Below are positions 48,975-59,227 of a DNA stretch of 64,000 nt, one piece after another. The DNA comes from Vicinamibacteria bacterium. GTDB taxonomy: Bacteria; Acidobacteriota; Vicinamibacteria; Marinacidobacterales; Marinacidobacteraceae. The notes below the pieces were generated by a model. It ran no database searches and was not told where the DNA came from. It saw only the letters and a list, made by a program, of their open reading frames with translations. The DNA is taken from assembly GCA_963555995.3 (NCBI GenBank), contig OY821641.1:1536001-1600000 (forward strand), in the 5' to 3' direction. Numbering within the stretch: the first letter of the stretch is position 1; every line of letters begins with the position of its first letter. The translations under genes and the position numbers were made by a program.

Positions 48975-49001
48975 GGATGGCCGGCGGTCGGCAGTCTGCG
49001 G

Positions 49002-49043
49002 ATCGCCACTCGAACGCCGCGAGGGTCTTGCCACAGCCTGCTA
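49002..49043 (+). repeat. Solo right arm of the 181-bp element
   Basis: ATCGCCACTCGAACGCCGCGAGGGTCTTGCCACAGCCTGCTA matches the copy-1 right arm. Confidence 0.7.
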
Positions 49044-49055
49044 GGGTAAAGGTTC

Positions 49056-50576
49056 GTGCGGCCCTCAAGCGGGAAAACCGGGTCCGCCCGGCGCCTCTGC
49101 CGCGCCGCGGCGTGGCTCGCGACCTTGTCGCTGCTGAACGCGGGCATCGCGCTGTCTCGGGAAGGTCCTCCGGGGGTGCGCTCGGCCGCTGCGGGTCCCC
49201 GGCAACCTCCCGGGCAACCGCCGGAACAGCCCCCCGAGGAACCGCCTGGCGAAGCGGAGGAGGCGGAAGCGCCGCCGGCGCCGGTCGAGGAGGTTGTTCC
49301 GGCCGGGGAAGCGCCGGCGGAGGAGACTCCCGCCGGGGAAACCGCCGACGAACCGGTGGAGGGCGCAGCCGGCGAGGCGGAAGGCGAGGAGCCCGAGGAC
49401 GAGGGAGCGGAGCCGGCGCGCCGGGCGCCGGAGGTCGTGACCGCACCGGTGGGAATCCTCCCCGGACGGCTGGTGGCGACCCCCGCCCCCGTTCCCGGAG
49501 GGGCGATCATCGGGATGGTCCTGGGAGCCGACGGATTCCTGCTCCAGACGGCCGGCGGCGACGTCGTCGCCTACGCGCCCGACGGGGAACGGACCCGCTG
49601 GGGCCTGACGGGAGTCGGCGCGGCGTTCGTCGCCGAGGATGCGGGCGCCGTGGTACTGCTCGGCGAGAACGGCGACGTGGTCGTGCGGCAGCGCGCCGAC
49701 GGGGCGCGGACGGGAGGGTTCTCGACCGGTTTCGCGCCGGATCGGGCAACCCCTGCCGGGTCGGTGCGTCGTCCGGCGCCCGCCGCGCTGGCGTCCGGGG
49801 TGCTCTACTGGGTCTCTTCGGGAACGCTCCGGGGATACCGGATCCCGGCGGGGGGCCTGGTGATGGAAACGAAGCTTCCGGAGGGCGAAGCGACGAGCGT
49901 CGTAGTGGCGCCGGCTCCCGCGGATGGCGCCGGGGAGGTCCCGCCGCTCCTCCTGGTTTCGCTCGGCAGCGGCGGCGTGGCCGCGGTGGAAGCGTCGCCG
50001 GGAACGACTTCCGCGAGGGTCCGCTGGCAGGTGGCGGGGGCCGGTCCGGTGACCGGCCCGGTCCTGCCGTTTCCGGAGGAACGCCTGGCGTTCTTCGGAG
50101 ACGAGGGCGGCGACCTCACCGCCGTGGATCTGGAATCCGGTCGCGAGCGTTGGCGATGGCGGCTCGCGGAAGGGTTCCACCATCCGCCGCTCCTGAGCCG
50201 CGGGCGGCTCTACGCGGCCACCAAGGCGAACAGCCTCTATTGCTTCGACGCGAAGCGGGGGGGCGAGCGCTGGCGCGCGGGGCTTCCCGGCCGGCCGGCG
50301 GCGCCCCCGCTGCGAATCGCCGGCGCCATCGTGGTCGTCACGCGGGACGGACTGCTCGTGGAGCTGAATGCGGAGACCGGCGCGCGGATCGGCCGGGCTC
50401 GCGACCTCGATGCCGAGGTTGTCGGGGTGGTGCACCGGTTGGGCGACGGCGCCCGCGAGGATGGATGGCGTGACCGGCGTCTCTTCCTGGGCCTCCGCGA
50501 TGGACGGCTGGCCGTCTTCGGCCCCCGGATCGGCGGCGAGGACCCTCGACCGGAACCGTCCGGCGAGGGCGGCTGA
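49056..50576 (+). CDS. Exported PQQ-like beta-propeller (BamB-like) protein with acidic Pro/Glu linker
   Basis: Signal peptide, E/P/A-rich linker; AVDLESGRERWR, CFDAKRGGERWR and ELNAETG repeats. Confidence 0.75.
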   Translation: MRPSSGKTGSARRLCRAAAWLATLSLLNAGIALSREGPPGVRSAAAGPRQPPGQPPEQPPEEPPGEAEEAEAPPAPVEEVVPAGEAPAEETPAGETADEPVEGAAGEAEGEEPEDEGAEPARRAPEVVTAPVGILPGRLVATPAPVPGGAIIGMVLGADGFLLQTAGGDVVAYAPDGERTRWGLTGVGAAFVAEDAGAVVLLGENGDVVVRQRADGARTGGFSTGFAPDRATPAGSVRRPAPAALASGVLYWVSSGTLRGYRIPAGGLVMETKLPEGEATSVVVAPAPADGAGEVPPLLLVSLGSGGVAAVEASPGTTSARVRWQVAGAGPVTGPVLPFPEERLAFFGDEGGDLTAVDLESGRERWRWRLAEGFHHPPLLSRGRLYAATKANSLYCFDAKRGGERWRAGLPGRPAAPPLRIAGAIVVVTRDGLLVELNAETGARIGRARDLDAEVVGVVHRLGDGAREDGWRDRRLFLGLRDGRLAVFGPRIGGEDPRPEPSGEGG

Positions 50577-50767
50577 CCCTGTTTTGGAGACGAAGAAGCG
50601 GCTTGGCGGCGGTCGCTGCCGCACCGTCGCGCCGCACCGGACCGGGCGCCGGAAACCATCTCCACGAGCGGGTCGTCGCGCTTACAATGCGGGTGGATGG
50701 CGCGACCCCTTCTGCGACCCGGAGAGGGGTTGACAACCGCCCGCCCGAAGAGGGGCCGCCGTCGCTG

Positions 50768-52309
50768 ATGGATCCCGCGGAGTCGCTCCTCGTCCTTGAT
50801 TTCGGCTCGCAGTACACGCAACTGATCGCCCGGCGGCTCCGGGAACTGGGGGTGTACTGCGAGATCCTGCCGTGCACGACGCCGAACCGGGAGATCTGGA
50901 GGCGCAATCCCATCGGCGTGGTCCTCTCCGGGGGGCCCGAGAGCGTCTATGGGGATGGCGCTCCGGCGGCTCCGGACGGAGTCCTCGCGCCGCCGGTCCC
51001 GGTGCTGGGCGTCTGTTACGGGATGCAGCTCCTGGCGCGCGGGAGCGGTGGCGACGTGCGTCCGGCGCCGCGCCGCTCGTACGGCCCGGCGAACCTCGAG
51101 CACGACGGGAACGGACGGCTCTTTCGGGGGGTGCCGGAACGGTTTCGGGCCTGGGCGAGCCACGGAGATCTCGTCCACGCCCTGCCGGAGGGGTTCCGCC
51201 GCACCGCGGGGACCGGGCAGGCGCGCATCGCCGCCTTCGAGAACCCGGGCCGCCGGCTCTACGGGGTGCAGTTCCATCCGGAGGTCGTGCACACCGAGCA
51301 CGGCGCCGACATCCTGAGGAACTTCGCGTTCGAGGTGTGCGGAGCCCGCGGCGGCTGGACGCCCCGCTCGCACGCGGAACGGACGATCGCCGCCATCCGG
51401 GCGCAGGTGGGCGAGGGGCAGGTGGTCTGCGGCGCCTCCGGCGGGGTGGATTCGACGGTCACCGCCATGCTGGTCCACCGGGCGATCGGAGACCGCCTGC
51501 ACTGCATCTTCGTGGACAACGGCGTGCTTCGGAAGGACGAGGCCGCGCGGGTCCGGTCCTCGTTCGAGGAAGGTCTGGGGATCCCGCTCCAGGTCGTGGA
51601 CGCCGCCGACCGCTTCCTTGCCCGACTGAAGGGGGTGCGCAGTCCCGAACGGAAACGGAAGATCATCGGGCGCGAGTTCATCCGGGTCTTCGAAGAGGCG
51701 TCGCGGGACATCCCGGACGTGCGTTTCCTCGCGCAGGGGACGCTCTATCCCGATGTCATCGAGAGCGTCTCGGTGAAGGGGCCTTCGGCGGTGATCAAGA
51801 GCCACCACAACGTGGGCGGCCTGCCGAAGCGCATGCGGCTCGAACTCATCGAACCGCTCCGCGAACTCTTCAAGGACGAGGTCCGGGTGCTGGGACGGCA
51901 GTTGGGAGCGCCCGAGGGGCTCGTGAACCGGCATCCCTTCCCGGGCCCCGGCCTGGCGGTTCGGATGCTGGGCGCCGTCGAGGAATCCGGGCTCGAGGTC
52001 CTGCGCGAGGCGGACGCGATCCTCGAGGAGGAGATCCGGTCCGCCGGCTGCTACGACAGCATCTGGCAGGCGTTCGTGGTGCTCCTGCCGCTGCGCACCG
52101 TCGGCGTCATGGGAGACGCCCGGACGTACGAACGGGTCGCGGTCATCCGGGCGGTGGAGAGCCGCGACGGGATGACCGCGGACTGGGCGGCGCTGCCCCA
52201 CGAGCTGCTGGTGCGGGTCTCGAACCGCATCACCGGCGAAGTGCGGGGCGTGAACCGGGTGGTCCTCGACATCACCTCCAAACCCCCCGGCACGATCGAG
52301 TGGGAGTGA
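50768..52309 (+). CDS. guaA: GMP synthase (glutamine-hydrolyzing)
   Basis: LDFGSQYTQLIARR, GVCYGMQ, QFHPEV, SGGVDS, KSHHNVGG, KPPGTIEWE. Confidence 0.98.
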   Translation: MDPAESLLVLDFGSQYTQLIARRLRELGVYCEILPCTTPNREIWRRNPIGVVLSGGPESVYGDGAPAAPDGVLAPPVPVLGVCYGMQLLARGSGGDVRPAPRRSYGPANLEHDGNGRLFRGVPERFRAWASHGDLVHALPEGFRRTAGTGQARIAAFENPGRRLYGVQFHPEVVHTEHGADILRNFAFEVCGARGGWTPRSHAERTIAAIRAQVGEGQVVCGASGGVDSTVTAMLVHRAIGDRLHCIFVDNGVLRKDEAARVRSSFEEGLGIPLQVVDAADRFLARLKGVRSPERKRKIIGREFIRVFEEASRDIPDVRFLAQGTLYPDVIESVSVKGPSAVIKSHHNVGGLPKRMRLELIEPLRELFKDEVRVLGRQLGAPEGLVNRHPFPGPGLAVRMLGAVEESGLEVLREADAILEEEIRSAGCYDSIWQAFVVLLPLRTVGVMGDARTYERVAVIRAVESRDGMTADWAALPHELLVRVSNRITGEVRGVNRVVLDITSKPPGTIEWE

Positions 52310-52316
52310 GGCTCCC

Positions 52317-55300
52317 TTGAGCGGCGCCGCTTCCGGGGCCGTGGGGAACCGTCCCTTCGTCCACCTCCACACCCACACCGAGTACTCGCTGCTGGACGGG
52401 ATGAGCCGGCTCTCCGATGTCGTCGGACGGGCGGCGCGCGAGGGGATGCCGGCGGTGGCGATCACGGACCACGGAAACCTCATCGGCGCCCTCAAATTCC
52501 ACGAGGCAGCCCGCGAGGTCGGCGTGAAGCCCATCCTCGGGTGCGAGGCCTACGTCGCGCCGGGAAGCCGGCGCGAGCAGAACCCCGATTCGGAAAACCA
52601 GCACCTGGTGCTGCTCGCGAAGAACCGGACCGGCTTCCGGAACCTCATGCGGCTCAGCTCGATCGCCTACTCCGAGGGGTTCTACTTCAAACCGCGGATG
52701 GACTTCGAGCTCCTGGCGGAGCACCACGAGGGCCTGATCGCGCTGTCGGCGTGTCCCAAGGGGATCGTGCCCCGCGAAGTGGTCACCGGCGGCGATCCGG
52801 TCGAGTGGGCCGGCCGCTACCAGGAGGTCTTCGGCAAGGACAACTACTACCTCGAGATCATGGATCACACCCCGCCGGGCGGGGCCACTCCGGAAGGCGC
52901 CCGGCTCTCCGACCTGGAGCTGAGGATTCGCAGCGGGGTGGTCGAGGTCGCCCGGAAGACCGGGATTCCGCTCGTGGGCACGAACGACTCGCACTATGCC
53001 TCGGCCCGGGATGCGGATGCCCACGACCTGCGCCTGTGCATCAGCACGAACCGGCCGGTCAAGGACCCCCGGCGGCTGAAGTTCCATTCCGACCAGTTCT
53101 TCTTCAAGACCTCCAGGCAGATGGAAGCGGTGTTCGAGGACTGCCCGGAGGCGTACCGCAACACGCTCGAGATCGCCGGGCGGATCGAGGACTTCGAACT
53201 GGTGGACGAACGGAGTCTGCTGCCCGATTTCGAGGTGCCCGCGGGGACGACGCTGGACGCGCACTTCGAGGAAAGCGCCCGCAGCGGCCTCGCCCGGCGC
53301 CTCGACTCGCCGGAAGTGCATGGCGCGCGGCCGCCGCGCGGCGACTACGAGGACCGGCTCGGCGTGGAGCTGGACGTGATCCGGCAGACCGGCTACTCCG
53401 CCTATTTCCTCATCGTGCAGGACTTCGTGCGCTTCGCCCAGGACCGCGGGATCCCGGTGGGCCCGGGGCGGGGTTCCGCGGCCGGCAGCCTCGTCGCCTA
53501 CGCCCTCGGCATCACCGACATTGACCCGCTCCCGCACGGCCTGCTCTTCGAGCGGTTCCTCAATTCCGAACGGATCAGCCCGCCCGACATTGACGTGGAT
53601 TTCTGCGAGGTCCGGCGGGAGGAAGTGCTCGACTACGTCACGGAGACCTACGGCAGCGACCGGGTGGCGCAGATCATGACGCTCGGGACCATGCAGGCCA
53701 AGCTGGTGGTCCGCGACGTGGGCCGGATGCTGGAGTTGCCGCCGCCCCAGGTGGACCGGCTGGCGAAGCTGATCCCGGAGCGCATGAGCCTCGCGCAGGC
53801 GCTGGAGAGCGTCTCGGAGCTTCGGGAAGCGCGCCGGAACCCGGACTTCGACCGTCTCTTCGGACTCGCGGAAAGGCTCGAGGGGCTGCCGCGCAGCGTC
53901 GGGACCCACGCCGCCGGGGTGGTCATCGCCCCGGGGCCGCTCGAGGAGATTCTGCCGCTCTACCGCGACGTGGAAACGAAACGCCTCGATTCCGGCGGGG
54001 GCGCGGCGTCCGGGCAGGGGGTGATCGTGCGCCGCCGCACGCAGTGGGACATGAAGGACTGCGAGCGCGCCGGACTCTTCAAGATGGATTTCCTCGGGCT
54101 CCGGAACCTCACCCAGATCGAGGATTGCGCCCGCCGGGTGCAGGAGGATCCGAACACGGCCCGCACCGCCGGGGAAGGGGAGGCGCTCGCCCTCATCCGC
54201 GCCGGGCGCTTCGAAAAGGTGCCGCCGGATCCCGAGACCTTCCGGCTGTTCGCCCGGGCGGACACCGACGGGATCTTTCAGTTCGAGAGTCCCGGGATGC
54301 GCGATCTGCTGTCCCGGTACAAACCCGAAAACCTGGATGACCTCGCGGCCATGAACGCGCTCTACCGGCCCGGCCCGCTGGAGAGCGGGATGGCGGACGA
54401 CTTCGTGGCCGCGAAGGCCAACGGCCGGCTCTCCGACAAACTGGATCCGCGCGTGCGCAACCTCGTCCCGGAGACGCGGGGCCTGATCGTGTATCAGGAG
54501 CAGGTGATGCTGGTGGCGCAGAAGCTCGCCGGTTTCTCGTTGAACCGGGCGGACGGCCTGCGGAAGGCGATGGGGAAGAAGGACCCCGAGGCGATGGCCC
54601 GGGAAGAGGGGGGGTTTGTCGAGGGAGCGGTCGCCGGGGGGCTTTCCCGCCGGGTCGCGCAGGAGACCTTCCAGCAGATCGCCAAGTTCGCCGGGTACGG
54701 ATTCAACCGCTCCCACGCCGTCGGCTACGCGCTCGTCGCCTACGTGGCGGGTTGGCTCAAGACCCATTTTCCCCTGCACTTCATCGCGTCGCTGCTGACC
54801 GCGCAACACCGGGCGGGCGACAAGGACGAGCGGATCGCGCGGATCCGGCAGGGCGCCCTGGCGCGGGGAGTCGAGGTGCTGCCCGCGGACATTCAGCACA
54901 GCGGGGCCGAGGCGCTGGTGGAAGGCGGCGGCGTCCGCTACGGCCTCGGGGCGATTAAGCAGGTGGGTGATCGCGCCGCGCGGGAAATCGAACGGGCCCG
55001 GCGTGAATGCGGCCGGTTCGACTCGCTTCGCCATTTCCTCGAGGCGGTGGAACCGAAGTCGCTCAACCGCGCCGTCGTGGAGTCGCTCGCCTGCGCCGGA
55101 GCGCTCGATTTTCTCGGCGTGCCGCGCTCCCGGATCCTTCCCGCGATCCCGGACGCCCTGGACGCGGCGAACCGGGCGCGCGGCCGGCAGGAGGCCGGAG
55201 TCCAGTCGCTCTTCGGGGGCGGGTCCGAACCTCCCGTGGACGTCTTTCCCGAGGCGCCCGCCTGGAGCGATGCGGAGCGGTTGCGGCGCGAGCGCGAGGC

Positions 55301-55940
55301 GCTCGGCTTCTACTGGGAAGGACATCCCGCAACGGAATACCGGACGGCGCTCGAGACGATCATCACCGGTCCGGTGAAGGCGGCGCTCGATGCGAAGCCG
55401 AAGGCGGCGGCCGGGATCGTCGGACTCGTGCGCGAGTTGCGGAAGCGGACGACGAGGGCCGGCCGGCCGATGGGCCAGTTCAGCCTCGAAGATGAAACCG
55501 GGGTGATCGGGGTGGTGGTTTTCCCCGACCTGTGGGAGTCCTGCCCGACTCTCGACGGCGAGCCCGTCGTGGTGGTCCAGGGAAACCTGCGGGGGGACGG
55601 CCCGGAGGCCGCCGGAGGCGGCCGCCGCCGTAGCCAGCGGGGCGAACTGGCCGCTTCCGAGATTCTGCTTGCGGACGAGGCGCCCTACCTGCTGGCCCGC
55701 GAGGTGGAACTGCTGGTGGCGGAGCCGGAACGGTTGGCGGGCGCACTGCGGGACCTGCTCCGGGAGCACCCCGGGCGGAGACCGCTGCGCCTGCGGGTCC
55801 GGGTTCGCGGAATCGAGGTCCTGATCGAGACCGCGACGCCGGTCCGGCCAAGCCGGGCCTTCGCCCGCGCCGCCTGGGAGCTGCTGGGGCCCGACACCGT
55901 GCTCCTCGACGGCCAGGCGCCCCCTTCCTTCGCCCACTGA
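52317..55940 (+). CDS. dnaE: DNA polymerase III alpha subunit
   Basis: HLHTHTEYSLLDG, GRGSAAGS, PDIDVDF, KMDFLGL, FAGYGFNRSH; C-terminal OB fold. Confidence 0.97.
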   Translation: MSGAASGAVGNRPFVHLHTHTEYSLLDGMSRLSDVVGRAAREGMPAVAITDHGNLIGALKFHEAAREVGVKPILGCEAYVAPGSRREQNPDSENQHLVLLAKNRTGFRNLMRLSSIAYSEGFYFKPRMDFELLAEHHEGLIALSACPKGIVPREVVTGGDPVEWAGRYQEVFGKDNYYLEIMDHTPPGGATPEGARLSDLELRIRSGVVEVARKTGIPLVGTNDSHYASARDADAHDLRLCISTNRPVKDPRRLKFHSDQFFFKTSRQMEAVFEDCPEAYRNTLEIAGRIEDFELVDERSLLPDFEVPAGTTLDAHFEESARSGLARRLDSPEVHGARPPRGDYEDRLGVELDVIRQTGYSAYFLIVQDFVRFAQDRGIPVGPGRGSAAGSLVAYALGITDIDPLPHGLLFERFLNSERISPPDIDVDFCEVRREEVLDYVTETYGSDRVAQIMTLGTMQAKLVVRDVGRMLELPPPQVDRLAKLIPERMSLAQALESVSELREARRNPDFDRLFGLAERLEGLPRSVGTHAAGVVIAPGPLEEILPLYRDVETKRLDSGGGAASGQGVIVRRRTQWDMKDCERAGLFKMDFLGLRNLTQIEDCARRVQEDPNTARTAGEGEALALIRAGRFEKVPPDPETFRLFARADTDGIFQFESPGMRDLLSRYKPENLDDLAAMNALYRPGPLESGMADDFVAAKANGRLSDKLDPRVRNLVPETRGLIVYQEQVMLVAQKLAGFSLNRADGLRKAMGKKDPEAMAREEGGFVEGAVAGGLSRRVAQETFQQIAKFAGYGFNRSHAVGYALVAYVAGWLKTHFPLHFIASLLTAQHRAGDKDERIARIRQGALARGVEVLPADIQHSGAEALVEGGGVRYGLGAIKQVGDRAAREIERARRECGRFDSLRHFLEAVEPKSLNRAVVESLACAGALDFLGVPRSRILPAIPDALDAANRARGRQEAGVQSLFGGGSEPPVDVFPEAPAWSDAERLRREREALGFYWEGHPATEYRTALETIITGPVKAALDAKPKAAAGIVGLVRELRKRTTRAGRPMGQFSLEDETGVIGVVVFPDLWESCPTLDGEPVVVVQGNLRGDGPEAAGGGRRRSQRGELAASEILLADEAPYLLAREVELLVAEPERLAGALRDLLREHPGRRPLRLRVRVRGIEVLIETATPVRPSRAFARAAWELLGPDTVLLDGQAPPSFAH

Positions 55941-55982
55941 CCGCACGGGTTTCCGTTTCCTGCGTCCCTTTCCGCGCGCCTG

Positions 55983-55999
55983 TTGGTACGAGATTTGCC
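55983..55999 (+). promoter_or_regulatory. Putative sigma54 -24/-12 site upstream of accA-lpt-rpoN
   Basis: TTGGTACGAGATTTGCC: GG-N10-GC, one mismatch to TGGCAC-N5-TTGC. Confidence 0.55.
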
Positions 56000-56026
56000 T
56001 GACGCGCGCTCGCTACACTTCCCATC

Positions 56027-57082
56027 GTGCAGCGCGAGTTCCTCGACTTCGAGGCTGACATCCAGGCGATCGTTCAGCGGATCGAAGCACTGACCGGATA
56101 TCCCGACAGCCACCGGGCGGAGATCGCCGGGCTGGAACGGGAACTGCTACGCCGTCGTCGGCGAATCTATGCCGGCCTGACACCCTGGCAGCGGGTGCGG
56201 GTGGCGCGCCACCCCGAGCGTCCCTACGCGCTCGACCACGTGAACCGGATCTTCACCGGCTTCACGGAGATCCACGGGGACCGCCGCTACGCGGACGATC
56301 CGGCCGTCATCGGGGGGCCGGCGTGGCTCGCGGGAGCGCCGGTCATGGTGATCGGACAGCAAAAGGGCCGGGACACGGCCGAGCGCATCCACCGCAACTA
56401 CGGCATGCCGCGCCCGGAGGGCTACCGAAAGGCCCTCCGCCTCATGAAAATGGCCGAAAAGTTCGGCAGACCGGTGGTCGCGCTGGTGGACACGCCGGGG
56501 GCGTTTCCCGGTATCGAAGCCGAGGAGCGGGGCCAGGCCGAGGCCATCGCGCTCAATCTGCGCGAGATGGCCCGGCTCGACGTCCCGGTGGTGGTTGCCA
56601 TCATCGGGGAGGGAGGGAGTGGCGGGGCGCTCGGGATCGCCGTGGGCGACCGGATCCTGATGATGGAGAACGCGATCTACTCGGTGATCTCTCCCGAGGG
56701 GTGCGCCGCGATCCTGTGGAAGGACCCGGAACGCGCCTACGCGGCGACCGAGGAGGCGGCAGCGCGCATGCGCGTCACCGCACCGGAGCATCTCAGGAAC
56801 GGCCTGATCGACGAGATCGTCCCGGAACCGCCGGGAGGGGCCCACGCGGACCACGAGGCCGCAGCGGAACTCCTCGGGGAGCGCCTGCGCGCCGCGCTCC
56901 GCGATGTTTCGGAACGTTCTCCGGTGGACCGCCGTGAGACGCGCTACCGGAAGTTCCGGAGTATGGGGAACTCCGGTCTGGAGGAGGCCCCCTCCCTGGT
57001 AGATCGGGGTCCGTCCGCTCCGGTGGACCGAGAAGCGGGGGGAGGCCGCGCCGCGGGCCGCCGGCCGGCGAACCCGGCCTGA
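56027..57082 (+). CDS. accA: Acetyl-CoA carboxylase carboxyltransferase alpha
   Basis: FLDFE, ARHPERP, HGDR, GMPRPEGYRKA, DTPGA, GEGGSGGA, YSVISPEGCA. Confidence 0.97.
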   Translation: MQREFLDFEADIQAIVQRIEALTGYPDSHRAEIAGLERELLRRRRRIYAGLTPWQRVRVARHPERPYALDHVNRIFTGFTEIHGDRRYADDPAVIGGPAWLAGAPVMVIGQQKGRDTAERIHRNYGMPRPEGYRKALRLMKMAEKFGRPVVALVDTPGAFPGIEAEERGQAEAIALNLREMARLDVPVVVAIIGEGGSGGALGIAVGDRILMMENAIYSVISPEGCAAILWKDPERAYAATEEAAARMRVTAPEHLRNGLIDEIVPEPPGGAHADHEAAAELLGERLRAALRDVSERSPVDRRETRYRKFRSMGNSGLEEAPSLVDRGPSAPVDREAGGGRAAGRRPANPA

Positions 57083-57087
57083 TCCAG

Positions 57088-59220
57088 TTGTTCCCTCGCG
57101 CCCGTTCCCGCGCGCGCCGCCCGGGCGCGCCCGTCTTCTCGAGATGGATCGGCCCGGCGATCAGCGTGCTCCTCTTCGCGGGGTTCACGGTGTTCCTGGT
57201 CCTGCGGCTCCAGGAAGGATTCGAGCGGCGGGCCGGGGAATGGTTCGGATCGGCCGACGAGGTGCCCGTCGAACCGGAGGAGGTGGTCTCGACCGAGGTC
57301 GAGTTCACGCGCTTCGATGAACAGGGCCGGCTGGTGCTCGAAGGGCGGGCGGAGCAGGCGCTTGGCCGGAGCGATGGCCAGCAGCGCTTTCTCGAGGTCG
57401 AGGTCCGCCTGATCGACGTCCTTGCCGACGGAGATGCAGTGGTGGCCGCCGACGAACTCCTGCTCGATCCCCGGACCGAGGCGGTCGAGTTCATCGGCAA
57501 TGCCCTCCTCAGCGTCGAGGGTCTCGAGCTCTCGGGACCGCACCTCCACTTCCGGACCGCGCCGGACCGCCTCTGGTCACGCGACCCGGTGCAGTTCCGG
57601 AGCGACGACTTCGTCGGGATCGCCGCCTCGATGCAGTTCGAGGTCGCTGCCGGCAACGTGTCCCTGCAGGGTGTGGTGGCGGCCCCGGCCGCCGAGGACG
57701 GTTTCGCCGTCGTCGCGGAGCGGGTGCGCTTCGACGGCGAGACGGCCGACACGTCGCTCTTCGGCGATGTCGAGATCACCTCGGAGGCGCTCGTCCTCTT
57801 CTCGCAGGACGCGGTCATCGCCCGCCGCGACCGGGAGCGCGGCCGGATGCGTTCCATCGAAGCCGGGTTCGGAACCGAACTCACCTTTCTGGATCCGTCG
57901 GACCCGGCGGATGACCTCCCGGTGGCGGAGGCGGCCGCGGAGCCATGGACGCTGCGCGGAGACGCACTCGAAATCAGCCTCGAGGATGGACGGATTCCGC
58001 GCCGCGTGCGGGTGCAGGAGAACCCCTCGCTGCAGCAGGGCGCCGGAATCGAGCTGCGCGGCGACGAGGGAACGTTCGAGCTCGATCCCGGCGGGACTCC
58101 CGAGCGGCTGAGCCTGACGGGTGAGGTGAGGTCGCGTCTTCCCGGCGGTCCGGGAGCGAGGTATCTGGTCTCCGTCGAGTCGTCGGAGCTGGAGGTGGTT
58201 TTCGATCCGCGGGGGGACATCGCCGAAGCCGCGTTCCACGGGCGGGTCGGGGCGCGCCACGGCCGGGCGTCCGCCACCGCGGAGAGCGCCCGCTGGGACG
58301 GCGTGGACACGCTCGTGCTCGAAGGCAATCCACGGCTGGTGGATTCGTCGCTCCTGGAACTCGAGAGCGGCGATCTGCGGCTCGTGATCGCGGAGCCCAG
58401 TCGCGTCGAGGCGAAGGATGCGGTGACCGCCCGGTTCCTCCCGGCCCGCCTGGACTGGTTGCCGGGCCGGTTCGAAGGAGTGGTGCTGACCGGAGATTCC
58501 GCGGTGATGGAGACGGGCAGTGGGGTGGGCGTCTTCACGGGAGGGGTGCGGCTGCTGTTCGGCAGGAACCGGCTGCTGTCGGAGCGGGTCAACGTGGACG
58601 CGGAAGCCCGAACGCTGGAGGGCACGGGTCAGGTCGTCACGTCGCTCGAACTCGAAATCCCGCCCCCGGCCGCCCGGGAGCCGGATCGGCAGGATCTCGA
58701 TGCCGTTCTCCCGGCGGCGGAGACCGCCCCGGCCGCCGTCCCGACGGCGGGGGCGGATGCCGCTCCTCCCCCGGAGGGCGAGGCTTCTCCGTCGCCGTTC
58801 GTGTTCCGGGCCCGGGCCGAGCGGTTCCGCTACGAAGCGAACAGCTCGCAACTTTCCTACCGAGGGAACCCCGGGTTGGAACGGGTGGACGCTTCGGGTG
58901 AGGTCAGCCGGCTCGTCGCCGGGCGGATCGAGGCGGACCTGACGGAGGAGGGATCGCTCGGAGCGCTGCGCGGGGTTCAGGGAGCCCGCTTCGAGCGGGA
59001 CGGCGACCTGGTGCGCGGCTCCCGCATCCGCTACGAGCCCGGCGCCGACCTCCTGCTGGCGTGGGGTTCGCCGGCCGTGGTGAGGGTCGAGGGCAGGACC
59101 TCGGAGGGCGGCCTCCTGGAACTCGGCCTGGGCGACGATCGGACCGAGATTCACCCGACCCGGCGGCGGCGCGCGCTCACCCGAGCCCTCATCACCCGCG
59201 AGGAGCCGTCCCGCCGGTGA
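57088..59220 (+). CDS. LptC/LptA-like long beta-jellyroll protein with a single N-terminal TM
   Basis: TM anchor followed by repeated beta-strand OstA-like motifs (FIGNA, FGDVEI, LEGNPRL, FTGGVRL, YRGNP); immediately upstream of lptB. Confidence 0.7.
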   Translation: MFPRARSRARRPGAPVFSRWIGPAISVLLFAGFTVFLVLRLQEGFERRAGEWFGSADEVPVEPEEVVSTEVEFTRFDEQGRLVLEGRAEQALGRSDGQQRFLEVEVRLIDVLADGDAVVAADELLLDPRTEAVEFIGNALLSVEGLELSGPHLHFRTAPDRLWSRDPVQFRSDDFVGIAASMQFEVAAGNVSLQGVVAAPAAEDGFAVVAERVRFDGETADTSLFGDVEITSEALVLFSQDAVIARRDRERGRMRSIEAGFGTELTFLDPSDPADDLPVAEAAAEPWTLRGDALEISLEDGRIPRRVRVQENPSLQQGAGIELRGDEGTFELDPGGTPERLSLTGEVRSRLPGGPGARYLVSVESSELEVVFDPRGDIAEAAFHGRVGARHGRASATAESARWDGVDTLVLEGNPRLVDSSLLELESGDLRLVIAEPSRVEAKDAVTARFLPARLDWLPGRFEGVVLTGDSAVMETGSGVGVFTGGVRLLFGRNRLLSERVNVDAEARTLEGTGQVVTSLELEIPPPAAREPDRQDLDAVLPAAETAPAAVPTAGADAAPPPEGEASPSPFVFRARAERFRYEANSSQLSYRGNPGLERVDASGEVSRLVAGRIEADLTEEGSLGALRGVQGARFERDGDLVRGSRIRYEPGADLLLAWGSPAVVRVEGRTSEGGLLELGLGDDRTEIHPTRRRRALTRALITREEPSRR

Positions 59221-59227
59221 ACGGATC

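Noticed and set aside
48787-49446. 220-aa N-terminal extension of the sensor kinase (ORF-track start 49446)
   Set aside because: Made of the repeat element plus the antisense strand of the beta-propeller gene; ATG 48786 directly precedes the first TM segment.
50690-50767. Purine riboswitch in the guaA leader
   Set aside because: One hairpin is present, but no purine-aptamer consensus or terminator U-tract.
53960-54200. Intein in dnaE
   Set aside because: Only short loop insertions; no Cys/Ser...His-Asn splice motifs; overall length is normal.
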